The notes: a model not told the origin generated them from the sequence alone. DNA of 64,000 bases from Polyangiaceae bacterium (GCA_044376115.1 JBILLK010000020.1:96001-160000), one strand, 5' to 3'. Shown: positions 1-9,295, counted from the stretch's first letter. Numbers and translations are program-made.

Positions 1-2
1 TC

Positions 3-929
3 CGAAGTAAGCAGCCGAAACGCGACCACCGCCAACGCCCAACGATCGGTCGCGGGTGAGACCGACGCGCCTTGAACCTGCTCGGGAGCCATGTACCAAG
101 CCGTGCCGAAGAAGCCTTTACCGACCACTTGCGTGCGACCGAAATCGAGCAGCTTGATGCCTCGCCGACCTTCGACCTGCGTGAGAAATAGGTTTCCCGG
201 CTTCAGGTCGCAGTGAACGATGCCCTCCGCGTGGGCAACGTCGAGAGCTTGGGCCACGTCACGAAGGTGGCTGAGGGCATCGGCGACAGGAAGGGCACCA
301 TGCTTCTGCAAGATCGCCCGCAGGTCTTCCCCTTCGAGCAGCTCCATCGCCAAAAAGGGAACCGGGCCAAGCAGCGGTTCGGATGGCCGTACTGAGGCAA
401 CCAAATCCAAGGAAACCCCGGCGCCCACGACCTTCACCACGAAGGGCGACGCAATTCGTGAAAGACGCTCGGCCTCGAGAATGAAGGCATCCTGGTCCGG
501 CTCCTGACTCATGCGCTCGCGGTCGAAGAGCTTGAGCGCGACCGGCTCACCGGCTCGCAAGTCGTGTGCGCGAAAGACGAATCCGCTGGCACCTTGGCCG
601 AGCGGACTTTCGATCCGGTAGTGATCCACCGTTTCCCCGGCGAGCTTCTCACTGATGCGCGCCATGTCGGCGCCGCGGCCCGCCACCGACGGGAAGATGG
701 ATGGACTGATCGAGAGGCTCTGCGGCGGCCGCATCGTGCCCGCTTGCAACAACGACTCAATCAGTGGGGTCGGTCGCGGGGAGACTTTCGGCAGCGACGG
801 CCGCGTCCGAGAGGTGTCGGTTTGAGGTAACAGCGCACGACGGGTGACGGGAGGCGTCGGTACGCGTCCACCTCGACGGGAAAGCTCCGCGCTGGACGGA
901 CTTCCGGGCTGGGCGATACCGAAGGGCAT
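3..929 (-). CDS. Hanks-type Ser/Thr protein kinase (partial, runs off the left edge)
   Basis: Not in the ORF track; translated by hand. Pro/Ser-rich leader, then YRIESPLGQGASGFVF, VALK, HCDLKPGN, DFG, GTAWYMAPEQ and D-RWAL. Start at ATG 929, with in-frame ATG 665 as an alternative. Confidence 0.9.
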   Translation of the reverse strand, partial: MPFGIAQPGSPSSAELSRRGGRVPTPPVTRRALLPQTDTSRTRPSLPKVSPRPTPLIESLLQAGTMRPPQSLSISPSIFPSVAGRGADMARISEKLAGETVDHYRIESPLGQGASGFVFRAHDLRAGEPVALKLFDRERMSQEPDQDAFILEAERLSRIASPFVVKVVGAGVSLDLVASVRPSEPLLGPVPFLAMELLEGEDLRAILQKHGALPVADALSHLRDVAQALDVAHAEGIVHCDLKPGNLFLTQVEGRRGIKLLDFGRTQVVGKGFFGTAWYMAPEQVQGASVSPATDRWALAVVAFRLLTS

Positions 930-994
930 GTCGCCGTCCCTTTTTCCTTCGCCGTTCACTTTGTAGTACACGCTACCCCGAGTGTTGCGCTGCA

Positions 995-1732
995 TCAAGG
1001 GTCGAGCGTCAGCGCAAGGGGTAGCTCAGCGGCGGAGAGAAGATCGTGAGCGCGCGGCAGACTCTGCACCAAACCGCGCAAGTAGAGCTGCCGGCGTTCA
1101 TGCTCCGGAAGGTCTCCCGCCCGCCCCTTGGTCGCTTCGTAGAGCAGAATGCCAGTAGTGACGCTCACGTTGAGGCTCTCGGCGTAGCCCCGCATGGGCA
1201 CGCGCACGGCGCGCCGACAGCGCGACGCAAGATCCTGACCTATGCCCTCTCGCTCACTGCCCACCACGATCGCGAAGGGCTCCTTCAAAACGGTGAGATC
1301 CCCTGGCTCGAGTTCGCCGTCGGGGTGAGCGGCGATCCACTCGATTTTGTCGGGGGGTAGCGCTTTGGCGATGTCGTCGACGCTGCGGTGCGCTGTCACG
1401 TCGACCCATCGTTCCGAGCCGCGCGCGACCGAGCGAGCCGCCAAGAAGGACTCGTAGCGCTCGAGGACGTGCACGTATTGCAAACCGAAGACGTCGGCGG
1501 TTCGCACGATGGCTGCGCCGTTGTGCGGGTCGTGGAAGGAGTCGAGGATGACGTTCACCGAGCGCACGCGGCGCTCGATGTTGCGCAGCAGCTTCTCGCG
1601 CCGCTCGGGCGTCACGAAGCCCTCGAGCGCGGCGATGCGAAGCTCCACCTCGTTGGCGGGCAGCTTGTTGACGGCCAGCGCAACGGGCCGAAGCCGCGCC
1701 ATCTGATCGATATCGCTCAAACTGCGTCGCAT
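995..1732 (-). CDS. trmH: tRNA (guanosine-2'-O)-methyltransferase, SpoU/TrmH family
   Basis: DPHNGAAIVRTADVFG, VVGSEREG and VPMRGYAESLNVSV are the SPOUT motifs. The FVTPERREK..RR N-terminus is typical of TrmH. Confidence 0.85.
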   Translation of the reverse strand: MRRSLSDIDQMARLRPVALAVNKLPANEVELRIAALEGFVTPERREKLLRNIERRVRSVNVILDSFHDPHNGAAIVRTADVFGLQYVHVLERYESFLAARSVARGSERWVDVTAHRSVDDIAKALPPDKIEWIAAHPDGELEPGDLTVLKEPFAIVVGSEREGIGQDLASRCRRAVRVPMRGYAESLNVSVTTGILLYEATKGRAGDLPEHERRQLYLRGLVQSLPRAHDLLSAAELPLALTLDP

Positions 1733-1835
1733 CGCGCACGAGCTACAGCGTTCGGCTCAGGCCGCCAAGTCCTTCCACACGAGGCGCCGACACGGGTCGA
1801 CCCGTCGCCTTGTCGTGGTACTGTGCCGAATCCCG

Positions 1836-2711
1836 ATGCGGCGCCGAGCCCAAACCTTCGCCTTTGTTCTTTTGGCTAACCTGGCCGTAACGACCGCAGC
1901 CGTGGGCCAACCCGCGCCGCCTGTCCCACCGCCCGTTGAGCCCCAACCGGCACCACAACCTCTTCCTGATGGCACGCCGCCGCCAGCCGCTCCGCCTCCC
2001 GCCGCACAGCCCGCACCGATGCAAACACCGGGTGTTCCTCCGGGTGCTTGGGTCGAGCCGCAGCCGCAACAGCCTCCGTATCCTCAGCAACCTGCGCCGT
2101 ATCCTCAACAGCCCCCCTATGGCTACGGCCCGTACGGCCAGTATCAACCAATGCCGTACCAGCCGCCGGTCGGCCCGCCACCTCCTCCGCTGCCGCCGCG
2201 GGAGCCCTCGTGCTGTCGTTTCGGCATTCGCTTCGATCCGTTTGACCTGCTGTTCCGTCGCCTTTCCTTCCAGACCGAGGTCGGGATCTGGGGGCCGTTC
2301 TCGGTTGAAGCTGAAACCACCTGGATTTTCGGCTCACCCACCGAGAACCTCGACACCACCGGCGGCGCCTTGATGGGCAGCGTGCTCGTGTACATCAGCG
2401 GGCGTTACCTCGAGGGCTTCTACGCCAAGGCCAGCGTCGGCTTCGAGTCGTTCGAGGCCGTGCTCACCGATGAGCCGCTGCAGAAGAGCACCACCGCCGA
2501 CGTCTCCTCGCCCATTTTTGGCATTTCGATCGGTAGCTCGACGGTCTTCGGAGGTGACGACTTCGGCTTCAACCTCGCCGGCGGAGTAGGCATCGGCTTT
2601 GCCACCGGGGAACCGGTCACGCTGCAGGCGGGCCGCTACGAGACCGTGTTCTACGACAAGAGTTCGAGCATTCAGCTGTTGGCTTCGCTCGGGCTCGGCA
2701 TTGGCTTTTAG
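1836..2711 (+). CDS. Secreted protein with a Pro/Gln/Tyr-rich linker and a probable outer-membrane beta-barrel
   Basis: Signal peptide, PYPQQP repeats, then alternating amphipathic strands ending in a terminal Phe (LGLGIGF). Confidence 0.65.
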   Translation: MRRRAQTFAFVLLANLAVTTAAVGQPAPPVPPPVEPQPAPQPLPDGTPPPAAPPPAAQPAPMQTPGVPPGAWVEPQPQQPPYPQQPAPYPQQPPYGYGPYGQYQPMPYQPPVGPPPPPLPPREPSCCRFGIRFDPFDLLFRRLSFQTEVGIWGPFSVEAETTWIFGSPTENLDTTGGALMGSVLVYISGRYLEGFYAKASVGFESFEAVLTDEPLQKSTTADVSSPIFGISIGSSTVFGGDDFGFNLAGGVGIGFATGEPVTLQAGRYETVFYDKSSSIQLLASLGLGIGF

Positions 2712-3319
2712 CGGCGCAAACGAAGCGAGAGCGATAGCCGAAACAGCGTCGGGTCTTGCGAGCCCGTTTCACCGAGCGACACCTTGCGAAAGGCTCGCGA
2801 GACGCAATCTCGCATTCGAAGGTCATTGGGCATGCTGCTGACGCCGTGGCTTTCGAGCACCTCGCCGAGCGGAGAAACGAGAGCCTCGAGCGTGACCACT
2901 GCGTCCGCTGAAAGGCATGGTCGAAACGAGTCCATCGAGGCGGCCACCGCTGATTGAACGCGAGATTGGTCGAGGGAACCACCTGCCGACTGGACGGAGG
3001 AGGCCGCCACGGGTTTGGGTTTGTCTTCAGGCTTTGTCGACTCCTCTCCCTTCGGTGAGATTGGTTTTCGGATCCCCCTAACCACGCGTGGACCCGAGCC
3101 GCCGGCCTCGAGGACTGGCACTTTGGTCTCCTCGAAGTCCAACAGGTCGACCTCCAGACTCAGCGTGGGAGGAGGAGGCGGGGGAGGTGGAGGTGGCAGT
3201 GCAAGAGGCGGCGGCCCCGGCGGCGGCTCCTCCGGCTTTATTGCCGCGGACTCGGCGAGCGCAGCGGAGCAAGCGCAAGCCAACAAACAGAAGGGTGCAA
3301 CCCAAGCATGCAGCCTCAT
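2708..3319 (-). CDS. Putative lipoprotein with a poly-Pro linker and an AgmX/PglI-type (TonB-C-like) C-terminal domain
   Basis: MRLHAWVAPFCLLACAC signal; C-terminal VQSAV..FRPCL..VTLEALVSPLGEV..RDCVSRAFRKV. The start overlaps the upstream stop (ATGA at 3316-3319). Confidence 0.55.
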   Translation of the reverse strand: MRLHAWVAPFCLLACACSAALAESAAIKPEEPPPGPPPLALPPPPPPPPPPTLSLEVDLLDFEETKVPVLEAGGSGPRVVRGIRKPISPKGEESTKPEDKPKPVAASSVQSAGGSLDQSRVQSAVAASMDSFRPCLSADAVVTLEALVSPLGEVLESHGVSSMPNDLRMRDCVSRAFRKVSLGETGSQDPTLFRLSLSLRLRR

Positions 3320-3993
3320 AACGTCCCTTTTCGAAGCTTTAGTTTCAGCGACACAACCGTGGCTTCTCCGCCGCGAACGTTGCCCAAACGAAGTTTGCGT
3401 AAGACGGAGGCGACGCAATCTCGAGCCAAAGGGACGTCGGGCTGGCTCTTTGTGACCGAAACCTCCGACAATTCGCCCGAGGGTTGAACCTTCATGGTGA
3501 CGTCGAGCACAGTGTCCTCACGCAAACAGCGCTCCATCGCCGGCGAGTTGGCGTCGAGAACCGAGCGCAAATCAGCTTCTTGAACCTGGCCCTGAAGGGG
3601 CGAAGCCACGGCGGCGAGCACGGAAGCGCCGTGCTGCGAGTCCTCCTTGATCGGGCTGAGTTGGGGCGCACTCGGATGCTTCTCTCCACCGAAGTCGCGT
3701 TCGTCGGGCTTGACCTGTTCAGCCTCTGCCTCGCCGGTCGCGACCGTTGTGCCTTTCCTCGAGGACTCTTGCCTTATCGCGGCGGAACCATCTCCCGCGA
3801 TCCCCGTATTCAGCGAAGCCGCAGCGCTAGCGACCGCCTGACTCGAGGAGGCCTGACTTGCGTCTTGACGTTGTGAACAAGCTGCAGCGGATACGACGAG
3901 CAGCGCACAGAGACCCAATTCGCAACTCACTCGGCCGAGGCTAACACCCCCAAGGAACCTTGAGCGAAACGAGGCTGCGTGGAAGGCTGTCAT
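3316..3993 (-). CDS. Putative lipoprotein with an AgmX/PglI-type (TonB-C-like) C-terminal domain
   Basis: Lipobox-like SAAAC; C-terminal LRSVLDAN..MERCL..VTMKVQPSGELSEV..RDCVASVLRKL, paralogous to the downstream gene. Confidence 0.55.
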   Translation of the reverse strand: MTAFHAASFRSRFLGGVSLGRVSCELGLCALLVVSAAACSQRQDASQASSSQAVASAAASLNTGIAGDGSAAIRQESSRKGTTVATGEAEAEQVKPDERDFGGEKHPSAPQLSPIKEDSQHGASVLAAVASPLQGQVQEADLRSVLDANSPAMERCLREDTVLDVTMKVQPSGELSEVSVTKSQPDVPLARDCVASVLRKLRLGNVRGGEATVVSLKLKLRKGTL

Positions 3994-4153
3994 GGCGAAG
4001 CTCAGACGCGTGACAGCGTCAAAAGAGTTCCGCCAACGAGTCGAAGGTTCAGATTGGCCGTCGAGTCACAATGAGTGGCTCCTGCGCTGGCTCAGCGTGG
4101 CCCAGCGAGAAAGCCGGTCCTTTGATTCCATCGCAAAGCGCGCCACACAAAGA

Positions 4154-4169
4154 TGGCCGTAATTTTGCA
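4154..4169 (+). promoter_or_regulatory. Candidate sigma-54 (-24/-12) promoter
   Basis: TGGCCGTAATTTTGCA has exact GG-N10-GC spacing and lies immediately upstream of the 4182 CDS. Confidence 0.4.
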
Positions 4170-4181
4170 TTGGAAGACTCC

Positions 4182-6137
4182 ATGACCCGACCCACCCGTC
4201 GTCCGCTTAGCTTCCTGCTCACGCTTCTTGCTGCTCCCGCAACCTTGCTCGGCCTGGCTGCTTGTGAGGGTGATGATCCCACTCCGCCGGGAAAGCAGAT
4301 CACAGTCGATCCGCCCAGCAGCCAGAGCACCGTCATCTCCGAGGTGCGTCCCCCGCCGCTGTCGGGTGGAACGCTGCTGGCGACAAAGAATGGCCAGCGA
4401 CTGATCGTGTCGGACCCGGATCGGGATCGCGTGCTCGTCGTGGACGCGGTCGAGCGGTCGGTCGTCGCGGCAATCGCGCTCGAGCCTGGGGATGAGCCCG
4501 GTCGCGCGGTGGAGGATCTCGAGGGTCGCAGCCACATAGCCCTACGTGGCGCTCGCTCGTTGCTGAGCGTCGACAATCTGACGGGCGAGGTCTTGGGGCG
4601 TCGCGAGGTTTGCGCCGCCCCCCGCGGCGTGGCGCTCTCCAGCTTCGACGACAGCGAAGACAGCCTGCTTGTTGCCTGCGCCAGCGGCGAATTGGTCGAG
4701 CTCGGAACTGCTCCTGACGCAGCCATCCAGAGCAGCACCGTGGTGGGTGCGGACCTGCGCGACATCGTGGTCGTCAAAGGCGCGAGTCGCCAGGAGCGCA
4801 AGCTCTTGGTCAGCAGCTTCCGCTCGGCCGAGGTGCTCTCGATTGGCCCCGACATGAAGGTCATCCGCCGGGGAAAACAGGGGAACTACACTCACGACTT
4901 CTCCGCGCGAACTTACTCCCCGACGGTCGCTTGGCGAATGATCCCAGATCCGTCGGGGACTGGCGCGTTGATGCTGCATCAACGGTCGAGCACGACCGAG
5001 GTGGTGATCAACGATCCCGAGGAGCCGAAGGATGAGTCGAGCAGCGTTGGTACGACCAGCGGCGACTGTTTCGACTGCGGCGGGGGATCTGGCAGCGGCT
5101 ACGGTGGGGACATCTTCGATTGCGGTAGCACCATCGTCAACTCGGCGACCACCGGCTTTAGTGATGACGGCGAGCCGATCCATTCGGCGAGCGTTGGTGG
5201 GCTCGGCGGGTTGTTGCTCCCGGTCGATCTTGCGTCCCACCCGAGCGGTTCAGTCGCTGCTTTGGCGGCGGGCGCCGAGACGGTCGTCATCACCACCACA
5301 CAGGGTCTTCAGAGTCACGACGGTTGCACCGACAACTTTGTGGACGGGCTGCAACTTCCGATTGGCCCCGAGCCGATCGCCGTCGCCTTCACGACAGCCG
5401 AGGGAGAGCTCAGCGGCGGCGACTTGGTGGTTCAGCTGCGCGAGCCCTCGACGTTGGTCTTCTACAACGCTGACAACTTCACCTGGAGTGCGACGCTCAA
5501 CCTTGGCGGCCCGAGTCGTGCGGATTCCGGTCACAAGCTTTTCCACCGGAACCCCGAAGCTCCATCGACGATCTCGTGTGCATCGTGTCATCCTGAAGGC
5601 CGAGAAGACGCCCACGCCTGGCTCTTTTCAGGGCTCGGACTGCGCCGCACGCAATCCCTCGAGGGCAACATCATGAACACCGCGCCCTTCCACTGGGACG
5701 GCGACCAAGCCGATCTCGATGAGCTGATGGTCAACGTGTTCCAGCACCGCATGGGTGGGTTCGCCCAATCCGCTGAGCGTGTTGCCGCGCTCAATTCGTG
5801 GCTCGAGACCATGCCTGTGGTTGCAGGTCCCGCGCTCGATGCCGCGGCTGTGGCGCGTGGCAAGGCCCTGTTCGAGAGCAGCTCGACGGAATGCGCAACC
5901 TGCCATGCGGGCGAGCAACTCACGCGCAGCGGCGCCTTCGACGTCGGGACAGGAAAGCCGTTCCAAGTTCCGTCGCTGGTCGGCATTCGCAACCGCGCTC
6001 CTTTCATGCATGACGGTTGCGCCGAGACGCTCGCCGATCGCTTCGACGAGAGCTGCGGCGGCGACAAGCACGGCAAGATCGACCAGCTCAGCCAAAGCGA
6101 TATCAACGACTTGGTCACCTACATGCTGAGCCTCTGA
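4182..6137 (+). CDS. Lipoprotein: YVTN/YncE-like beta-propeller plus diheme cytochrome c (bCcP/MauG-like) domain
   Basis: Lipobox LAAC; propeller-type repeats (VSDPDRDRVLVVD, PRGVAL); CASCH and CATCH heme motifs; PFHWDG and VPSL..RAPFMHDG motifs. Confidence 0.8.
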   Translation: MTRPTRRPLSFLLTLLAAPATLLGLAACEGDDPTPPGKQITVDPPSSQSTVISEVRPPPLSGGTLLATKNGQRLIVSDPDRDRVLVVDAVERSVVAAIALEPGDEPGRAVEDLEGRSHIALRGARSLLSVDNLTGEVLGRREVCAAPRGVALSSFDDSEDSLLVACASGELVELGTAPDAAIQSSTVVGADLRDIVVVKGASRQERKLLVSSFRSAEVLSIGPDMKVIRRGKQGNYTHDFSARTYSPTVAWRMIPDPSGTGALMLHQRSSTTEVVINDPEEPKDESSSVGTTSGDCFDCGGGSGSGYGGDIFDCGSTIVNSATTGFSDDGEPIHSASVGGLGGLLLPVDLASHPSGSVAALAAGAETVVITTTQGLQSHDGCTDNFVDGLQLPIGPEPIAVAFTTAEGELSGGDLVVQLREPSTLVFYNADNFTWSATLNLGGPSRADSGHKLFHRNPEAPSTISCASCHPEGREDAHAWLFSGLGLRRTQSLEGNIMNTAPFHWDGDQADLDELMVNVFQHRMGGFAQSAERVAALNSWLETMPVVAGPALDAAAVARGKALFESSSTECATCHAGEQLTRSGAFDVGTGKPFQVPSLVGIRNRAPFMHDGCAETLADRFDESCGGDKHGKIDQLSQSDINDLVTYMLSL

Positions 6138-6205
6138 GGCGCGCCAGCCCGACGAGTCCCAAGCAGCTTTCCTCGACTGCCTGATCGCTCGGGCAGCAAC
6201 CGACC

Positions 6206-6232
6206 CAAGACCTCCTCACAAGGGAGGTCTTG
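6206..6232. terminator. Intergenic hairpin between the two cytochrome paralogs
   Basis: CAAGACCTCC-N7-GGAGGTCTTG perfect 10-bp inverted repeat; weak U-tract. Confidence 0.4.
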
Positions 6233-6305
6233 CGCATTTCCAAGCCCGTCGGAATCGTGCGCTAACAGCCCGGCGCCTCTTCCCAAACGCCCTGATGGAG
6301 CGACA

Positions 6306-8159
6306 ATGACGCCTATGCGAAAGCTTACCCCCTTATTTCTCTTAGTTCCCTCTCTGCTTAGCTCCGCCTGTGAAGGTGATGACACGGTTGCGCCGCCGCC
6401 CACTGACGAGGTCGTGGTGGACTCGCCGAGCGCGCAGTCTGTCCACACATCGAAGGTGCGTCCCCCGGCGATCTCGGGCGGCACGCTCGTCGTGTCGGCT
6501 GATGCAACGCGCGCCGTCGTCTCGGATCCGGACCGCGATCGAATCGTGATCGTCGACCTCAGCAACGACACCGTCATCAAAACCATCGACGTCGAGCCCG
6601 GTCAAGAACCCGGTCGCGCTGTGATCGACAACGCAGGTCGCGCTCACGTTGCCCTGCGCAATAGCAACCAGCTGCTAACGGTGAACATCGCCAATGGCGA
6701 AGTGGAAGGCCGGTTCACGGTCTGCAGCTCCCCTCGCGGGATCGCCGCCTTCCAGGCGATCGAGAACCCCGCCGATGCGTCGCTCGTCATCGCCTGCGCG
6801 ACGGGTGAAGTGGTTGAGCTCGATGCAGCGACGGGTGAACCGATCGCGCGCGCCGAGTTCGCACCCGACCTGCGAGACGTCGTGATCGCCGGTCCGGGAA
6901 CGCGCGCTGGCCGCCGAGTGTTTGTCTCCAGCTTCCGCTCCGCTGACGTCCTTACGCTCAACACCGATCTGGAACTCGAGAACAGCTCACGGCCAGGCGG
7001 ATATGTGCACTCGGGGTCGCAGCGTGCCTTCGTCTCCAACGTCGCTTGGAGAATGGTACCGGCCTCAGGCGGCGCACTGATGGTGCACCAGCGCTCGGCC
7101 ACCGTGCCGATCGGGGACGCCAATCAACAAGTACCGCAGCAGTACTACGCTTCGGTTGATTGCGGTTCCAGCGTGGTCCACGGCGCCGCCACCCAGTTCG
7201 ACAGCCTGGGCAACGCGGTGCCCGGAAGCCGCGGCGTAGGGCTCGCGGTGCTGCCGGTAGACATCGCCGTTTCAGAAGATAAGGGAGTGTTTGCCTACGT
7301 TGCTGCAGCGAGCGGGTTCGTGGAGATTACGTCCCTTCCAACCGAGGGGGCTCAGCCGCCCGATCCGTGTGAGGGCGGACTATCGAGCATACGCATCAAC
7401 GCGGGGCCGGAACCCATCGCGGTGGCCTTTGCAGGTGAGGACGTGATCGTTCAAACGCGAGAACCCTCGACGCTTCTCCGGTACTCGCTCCTTTCGATGA
7501 CCCAAGAGGCCATGGTGGGACTCGGCGGTGATAGCCGCCGAGACACCGGGCATCAGATGTTCCATTCAAACCCTGATGGCGCGGTCACCATCTCCTGCGC
7601 CTCCTGCCACCCGGAGGGCGGTGATGACGGCCACGTTTGGCAATTCACCGACATCGGTTTGCGTCGCACGCAAACGCTGCAAGGCGACATCACGCAGACG
7701 GCGCCCTTCCATTGGGACGGTGATTTGACCGATCTCAACCACCTGATGTCGAAGGTGTTCGTTGAGCGAATGGGTGGAATGGAACAGTCGGAGGATCGTG
7801 TTGAGGCGCTCACCGACTGGCTGAGCGGCGTCCCGGCTATCCCGGGGCGTGAGAGTGTCGATGTTGACGCAGTTGCGCGCGGCAAAGCCATCTACGAGAA
7901 CGACAAGGCGGCTTGCGCGAGCTGTCATGGCGGAGCTCAGCTGACCAACTCGGAGACCGTGGACGTCGGGACGGGCAGAGCCTTCCAGGTGCCTTCGCTC
8001 AAAGGCATCCGAAACCGTGCGCCGTTCATGCATGACGGCTGTGCGCCCACCTTGCTCGACCGCTTCGAGCCAAGCTGCGGCGGCACGAACCACGGAGATC
8101 TGTCTGGCTTGACCGACGCGGATCTCGCAGATCTCGTCGCCTATCTCGACACGCTCTGA
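6306..8159 (+). CDS. Lipoprotein: beta-propeller plus diheme cytochrome c, tandem paralog of 4182-6137
   Basis: Lipobox LSSAC; VRPPAISGGTL, VSDPDRDR, two CASCH motifs, APFHWDG, VPSLKGIRNRAPFMHDGC; GGAG RBS. Confidence 0.8.
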   Translation: MTPMRKLTPLFLLVPSLLSSACEGDDTVAPPPTDEVVVDSPSAQSVHTSKVRPPAISGGTLVVSADATRAVVSDPDRDRIVIVDLSNDTVIKTIDVEPGQEPGRAVIDNAGRAHVALRNSNQLLTVNIANGEVEGRFTVCSSPRGIAAFQAIENPADASLVIACATGEVVELDAATGEPIARAEFAPDLRDVVIAGPGTRAGRRVFVSSFRSADVLTLNTDLELENSSRPGGYVHSGSQRAFVSNVAWRMVPASGGALMVHQRSATVPIGDANQQVPQQYYASVDCGSSVVHGAATQFDSLGNAVPGSRGVGLAVLPVDIAVSEDKGVFAYVAAASGFVEITSLPTEGAQPPDPCEGGLSSIRINAGPEPIAVAFAGEDVIVQTREPSTLLRYSLLSMTQEAMVGLGGDSRRDTGHQMFHSNPDGAVTISCASCHPEGGDDGHVWQFTDIGLRRTQTLQGDITQTAPFHWDGDLTDLNHLMSKVFVERMGGMEQSEDRVEALTDWLSGVPAIPGRESVDVDAVARGKAIYENDKAACASCHGGAQLTNSETVDVGTGRAFQVPSLKGIRNRAPFMHDGCAPTLLDRFEPSCGGTNHGDLSGLTDADLADLVAYLDTL

Positions 8160-8204
8160 GCTCTGCAGCGCTCCGCAGTAGACCCTCCGTCCGCTGCGTA
8201 CCTT

Positions 8205-8240
8205 GGGCCTCTCACCCTTCGGGCGAGAGGCCCTTCTTCG
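8205..8240 (+). terminator. Intrinsic terminator between convergent genes
   Basis: GGGCCTCTC..C-TTCG-G..GAGAGGCCC stem with a cUUCGg loop, followed by TTCTT. Confidence 0.7.
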
Positions 8241-8274
8241 TTGCTTCTTCGTTGGGCCAGGAGCGACGAAACCC

Positions 8275-9294
8275 TCAGCGGCCGTGCAGCCCCGAAAGTT
8301 CCGCTGGGGAGAAGCAACCGCGATCGGTGATCAGCCGGGTAACGAGCCGAGCCGGCGTCACATCGAAGGCTGGATTGGCGACCGTAACGAACGGAAGCTC
8401 ACTCACTTCGGCTGCGGACCGCTCTTCGATCGGGATGTCGTCGCCCGTCTCGATCGAAAGATCGACGGTGGACCAAGGCAACGCGACATAGAAGGGCAGC
8501 CCACAATCCTGCGCAGCCAACGCCTTCAAATACGTGCCGACCTTGTTGCAGACGTCACCGTTGCGCACGGTGCGGTCGGAGCCGACGATGCACGCGTCCA
8601 CCAACCCGCGCCTCATCAGGAGCCCGCCAGCGTTGTCGACGATCAGGGTGCACGGGATGCCCGCCTGCGTCAGCTCCCAGGCCGTGAGCAGCCCCTGATT
8701 GCGTGGCCGCGTTTCATCGACCCAGACGTGCAGCGGGACGCCGCGCGCGTGCAGCTCGAAGATCGGCGCGAGCGCGGTTCCCCAATCCACCGTCGCGAGC
8801 CAACCTGCATTGCAGTGCGTGAGGATGTTCAGCGCACGGCCCTCGCGCTTGTGGGCCAAGAGCAGCGGCGCCCCATGCTGAGCTATCGCGCGACAGGCGC
8901 TCACGTCGGCCTCGGCCAGCTCCGCCGCTAACTGATAGAGCCGCGCAGCTCGCTGGGGCTGCGGCTCATCACGCCAGACCCGGCGCACCTCCGACAATGC
9001 CCACGCCAAATTCACCGCGGTTGGGCGAGTGGCCTGCAGCAAGGACTCGGCCTCGAGCAAACTTGCATCGGCGCTGGCGACCCGCGCCGCCAGCGCCATA
9101 CCGTACGCCGCGGCTACCCCGATCAAGGGAGCCCCGCGCACCTGCATCGAACGGATCGCGTGCGCCATCTCGGCCACCGTCGTGACCTTGACCTCAACGA
9201 GCTCTCGCGGCAGTTGGGTCTGGTCGATGATGAACACGTCGCCGAGCGAGCGCTCCGGCCAGATCGTCCGCATCGGCTTTCCGGAGACCAGCAC
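8275..9294 (-). CDS. mtnA: S-methyl-5-thioribose-1-phosphate isomerase
   Basis: IDQTQLP, MQVRGAPLIG, RPTAVNL, LTHCNAGWLATVDWGTA, DETRPRNQG, NKVGTY, NPAFDVTP. GTG start 1 nt after the apt stop. Confidence 0.93.
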   Translation of the reverse strand: MLVSGKPMRTIWPERSLGDVFIIDQTQLPRELVEVKVTTVAEMAHAIRSMQVRGAPLIGVAAAYGMALAARVASADASLLEAESLLQATRPTAVNLAWALSEVRRVWRDEPQPQRAARLYQLAAELAEADVSACRAIAQHGAPLLLAHKREGRALNILTHCNAGWLATVDWGTALAPIFELHARGVPLHVWVDETRPRNQGLLTAWELTQAGIPCTLIVDNAGGLLMRRGLVDACIVGSDRTVRNGDVCNKVGTYLKALAAQDCGLPFYVALPWSTVDLSIETGDDIPIEERSAAEVSELPFVTVANPAFDVTPARLVTRLITDRGCFSPAELSGLHGR

Positions 9295-9295
9295 C

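Noticed and set aside
1016..1090. GGGGTAGCTCAGCGG resembles a tRNA 5' end and D-arm
   Set aside because: No T-arm (GTTCRA) or acceptor pairing follows; it lies antisense within the trmH coding region.
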